The notes under the pieces are model-generated. The model was not told where the DNA came from. It made no database searches and saw only the letters and a program-made list of their open reading frames with translations. Below are positions 62,792-64,000 of a stretch of DNA of 64,000 nucleotides, one piece after another. Position 1 is the first letter of the stretch; each line of letters starts with the position of its first letter. The stretch covers positions 186,001 to 250,000 of the forward strand of contig CM082588.2 in the NCBI GenBank assembly GCA_040954595.2. The letters run 5' to 3'. Made by a program: the position numbers and the translations under genes. This stretch comes from Balanoglossus misakiensis. Its lineage: Eukaryota > Animalia > Hemichordata.

Positions 62792-63985
62792 ATGGGAGAC
62801 GGAAGCGTTGAAAACACCGCGGAAGTAAGTCGTGATGGGCCTGAAATTAACGATGGATCAGCTGCTGCAACAGACGACAACGATTTGGCCTCAAGTGCTC
62901 CGAAATCGAGTGGTTTGAAAGAGACATGGCTAACTGTGATGTTGTCGTTATGTGCGGGTGTGTCGTTTGCAGCCGCATCATCATTTCTGACGCTGGCTTG
63001 CAGCAACGATGCACCGTACGATCGTCTCGCTTTTGTCGGACATATGACCCTCCCATTGATCGTTCTCCCACCCTTTATGTCGTCAGCCCAAGTAGATGAG
63101 CTTGGATTGATGGTTAGCGTCGGAATGAAGCGAGAATTTTTCATCGCCAGCGTGTTCTTCTGCTTGCCGCATATGTCGCCGACAGAGACCACCGTGCTCT
63201 TCCATGGTTGGTCGGTTGTTTTCATCATCCTCGTTCGCTGGCTCTACCTGAGAGACATCAAAACATTTCCCTTGTACAGAATCGCTGTCCTTCTAACTGC
63301 GCTCGCAGGAATACACTCACTGTCGTCGTCCTTTGAAGAGGAACTTGACCTTCGCCAACCAAATTCCGGTAGTAAGACCCCTTCGAACGGTAGTCTCCTT
63401 GACAACGCATCACATCAAGATGAAACATTTACGGGAGTTGCATATTCATACCTAATTTGCATATTATTCGCCTTCATCTGTAGTGTCTATCGCGCAGTGG
63501 GACAGAAATACAGTTTCTTCATCATTTACTTCCACGAACTATTCATCATAATCTATTTTGGACTGATAGCAAAGTACATTTTCGAGCCACCGTTTTCAAA
63601 ATGGCGTTTAGAACCCATGCTGGAAACCACCTGTTTTTTCTCTGGTATTGTTTTCTCGGAAACCATCGGACTGTGGTCGTATTTCAGGTGTCTCCACATG
63701 AAACCGGCAGCGAAATACATCGGACTGGTAAATGTCGAGATAGTTGCGATATACTACATCGAAAAGTTCTATATTCCTGGACAAAATAGCACGTCGTACA
63801 GTTTCATCGGGGTGCTCCTTGTATTGCTGGCCTCCCTTCTTGTTGCAGGCGAACGCATTTTAACTTTGCGCCAGAGCCGTAAAGAAGAAGATGAAATCGA
63901 TAGCGACTACCTCGTAGAAAACTCAGAAAATAATACAAACAACGTTATTTCAGGACAAAATTGGCATGTTAACTCAAATTTGTAA
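62792..63985 (+). CDS. Intronless multi-pass membrane protein, drug/metabolite transporter (EamA/SLC35-like) fold, ~397 aa
   Basis: Long uninterrupted ORF, open from ATG 62672; ATG 62792 has the better context (aaaATGG). About 10 hydrophobic segments fall in two halves split by a hydrophilic loop. Helix 3-4 patterns (LPHMSPTETTVLFHGWSVVFIILVRWLYLRD; LHMKPAAKYIGLVNVEIVAIYYIEKFYI) and a final SFIGVLLVLLASLLV resemble EamA repeats. The family call is an inference. Confidence 0.7.
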   Translation: MGDGSVENTAEVSRDGPEINDGSAAATDDNDLASSAPKSSGLKETWLTVMLSLCAGVSFAAASSFLTLACSNDAPYDRLAFVGHMTLPLIVLPPFMSSAQVDELGLMVSVGMKREFFIASVFFCLPHMSPTETTVLFHGWSVVFIILVRWLYLRDIKTFPLYRIAVLLTALAGIHSLSSSFEEELDLRQPNSGSKTPSNGSLLDNASHQDETFTGVAYSYLICILFAFICSVYRAVGQKYSFFIIYFHELFIIIYFGLIAKYIFEPPFSKWRLEPMLETTCFFSGIVFSETIGLWSYFRCLHMKPAAKYIGLVNVEIVAIYYIEKFYIPGQNSTSYSFIGVLLVLLASLLVAGERILTLRQSRKEEDEIDSDYLVENSENNTNNVISGQNWHVNSNL

Positions 63986-64000
63986 TAAATCTAATTTGTA

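Overview
This is AT-rich, intron-rich animal genomic DNA, not prokaryotic. An invertebrate deuterostome is my inference from the vertebrate-like exon structures and is not proven. I reconstructed five protein-coding genes by hand from GT-AG splice sites and frame continuity. (1) A 17-exon CNKSR2/CNK scaffold gene (minus strand, 324-19616). (2) TRAPPC3/BET3 (plus, 19909-21251), head-to-head with CNK across a 292-bp gap. (3) A DUF4140+DUF4139 (F37C4.5-like) gene (minus, 25463-58662) with a 20.8-kb first intron. (4) RWDD1 (plus, 59538-61882), head-to-head with gene 3. (5) An intronless multi-pass DMT/SLC35-like membrane protein (plus, 62792-63985). Non-coding features include a G-rich 21-bp minisatellite, several microsatellites and an ~85-90 bp TTAA-flanked piggyBac-like MITE family. 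The best leads are two phase-matched, probably mutually exclusive paralogous exons in the DUF4139 gene, a microexon and alternative-first-exon cluster in CNK intron 7 that could give an IPCEF1-like short isoform, and TRAPPC3-RWDD1-CNK linkage that echoes human 6q. I saw no CRISPR array, rRNA, tRNA or intact transposase. All gene models lack transcript support, and family names come from recalled motifs, not database searches.
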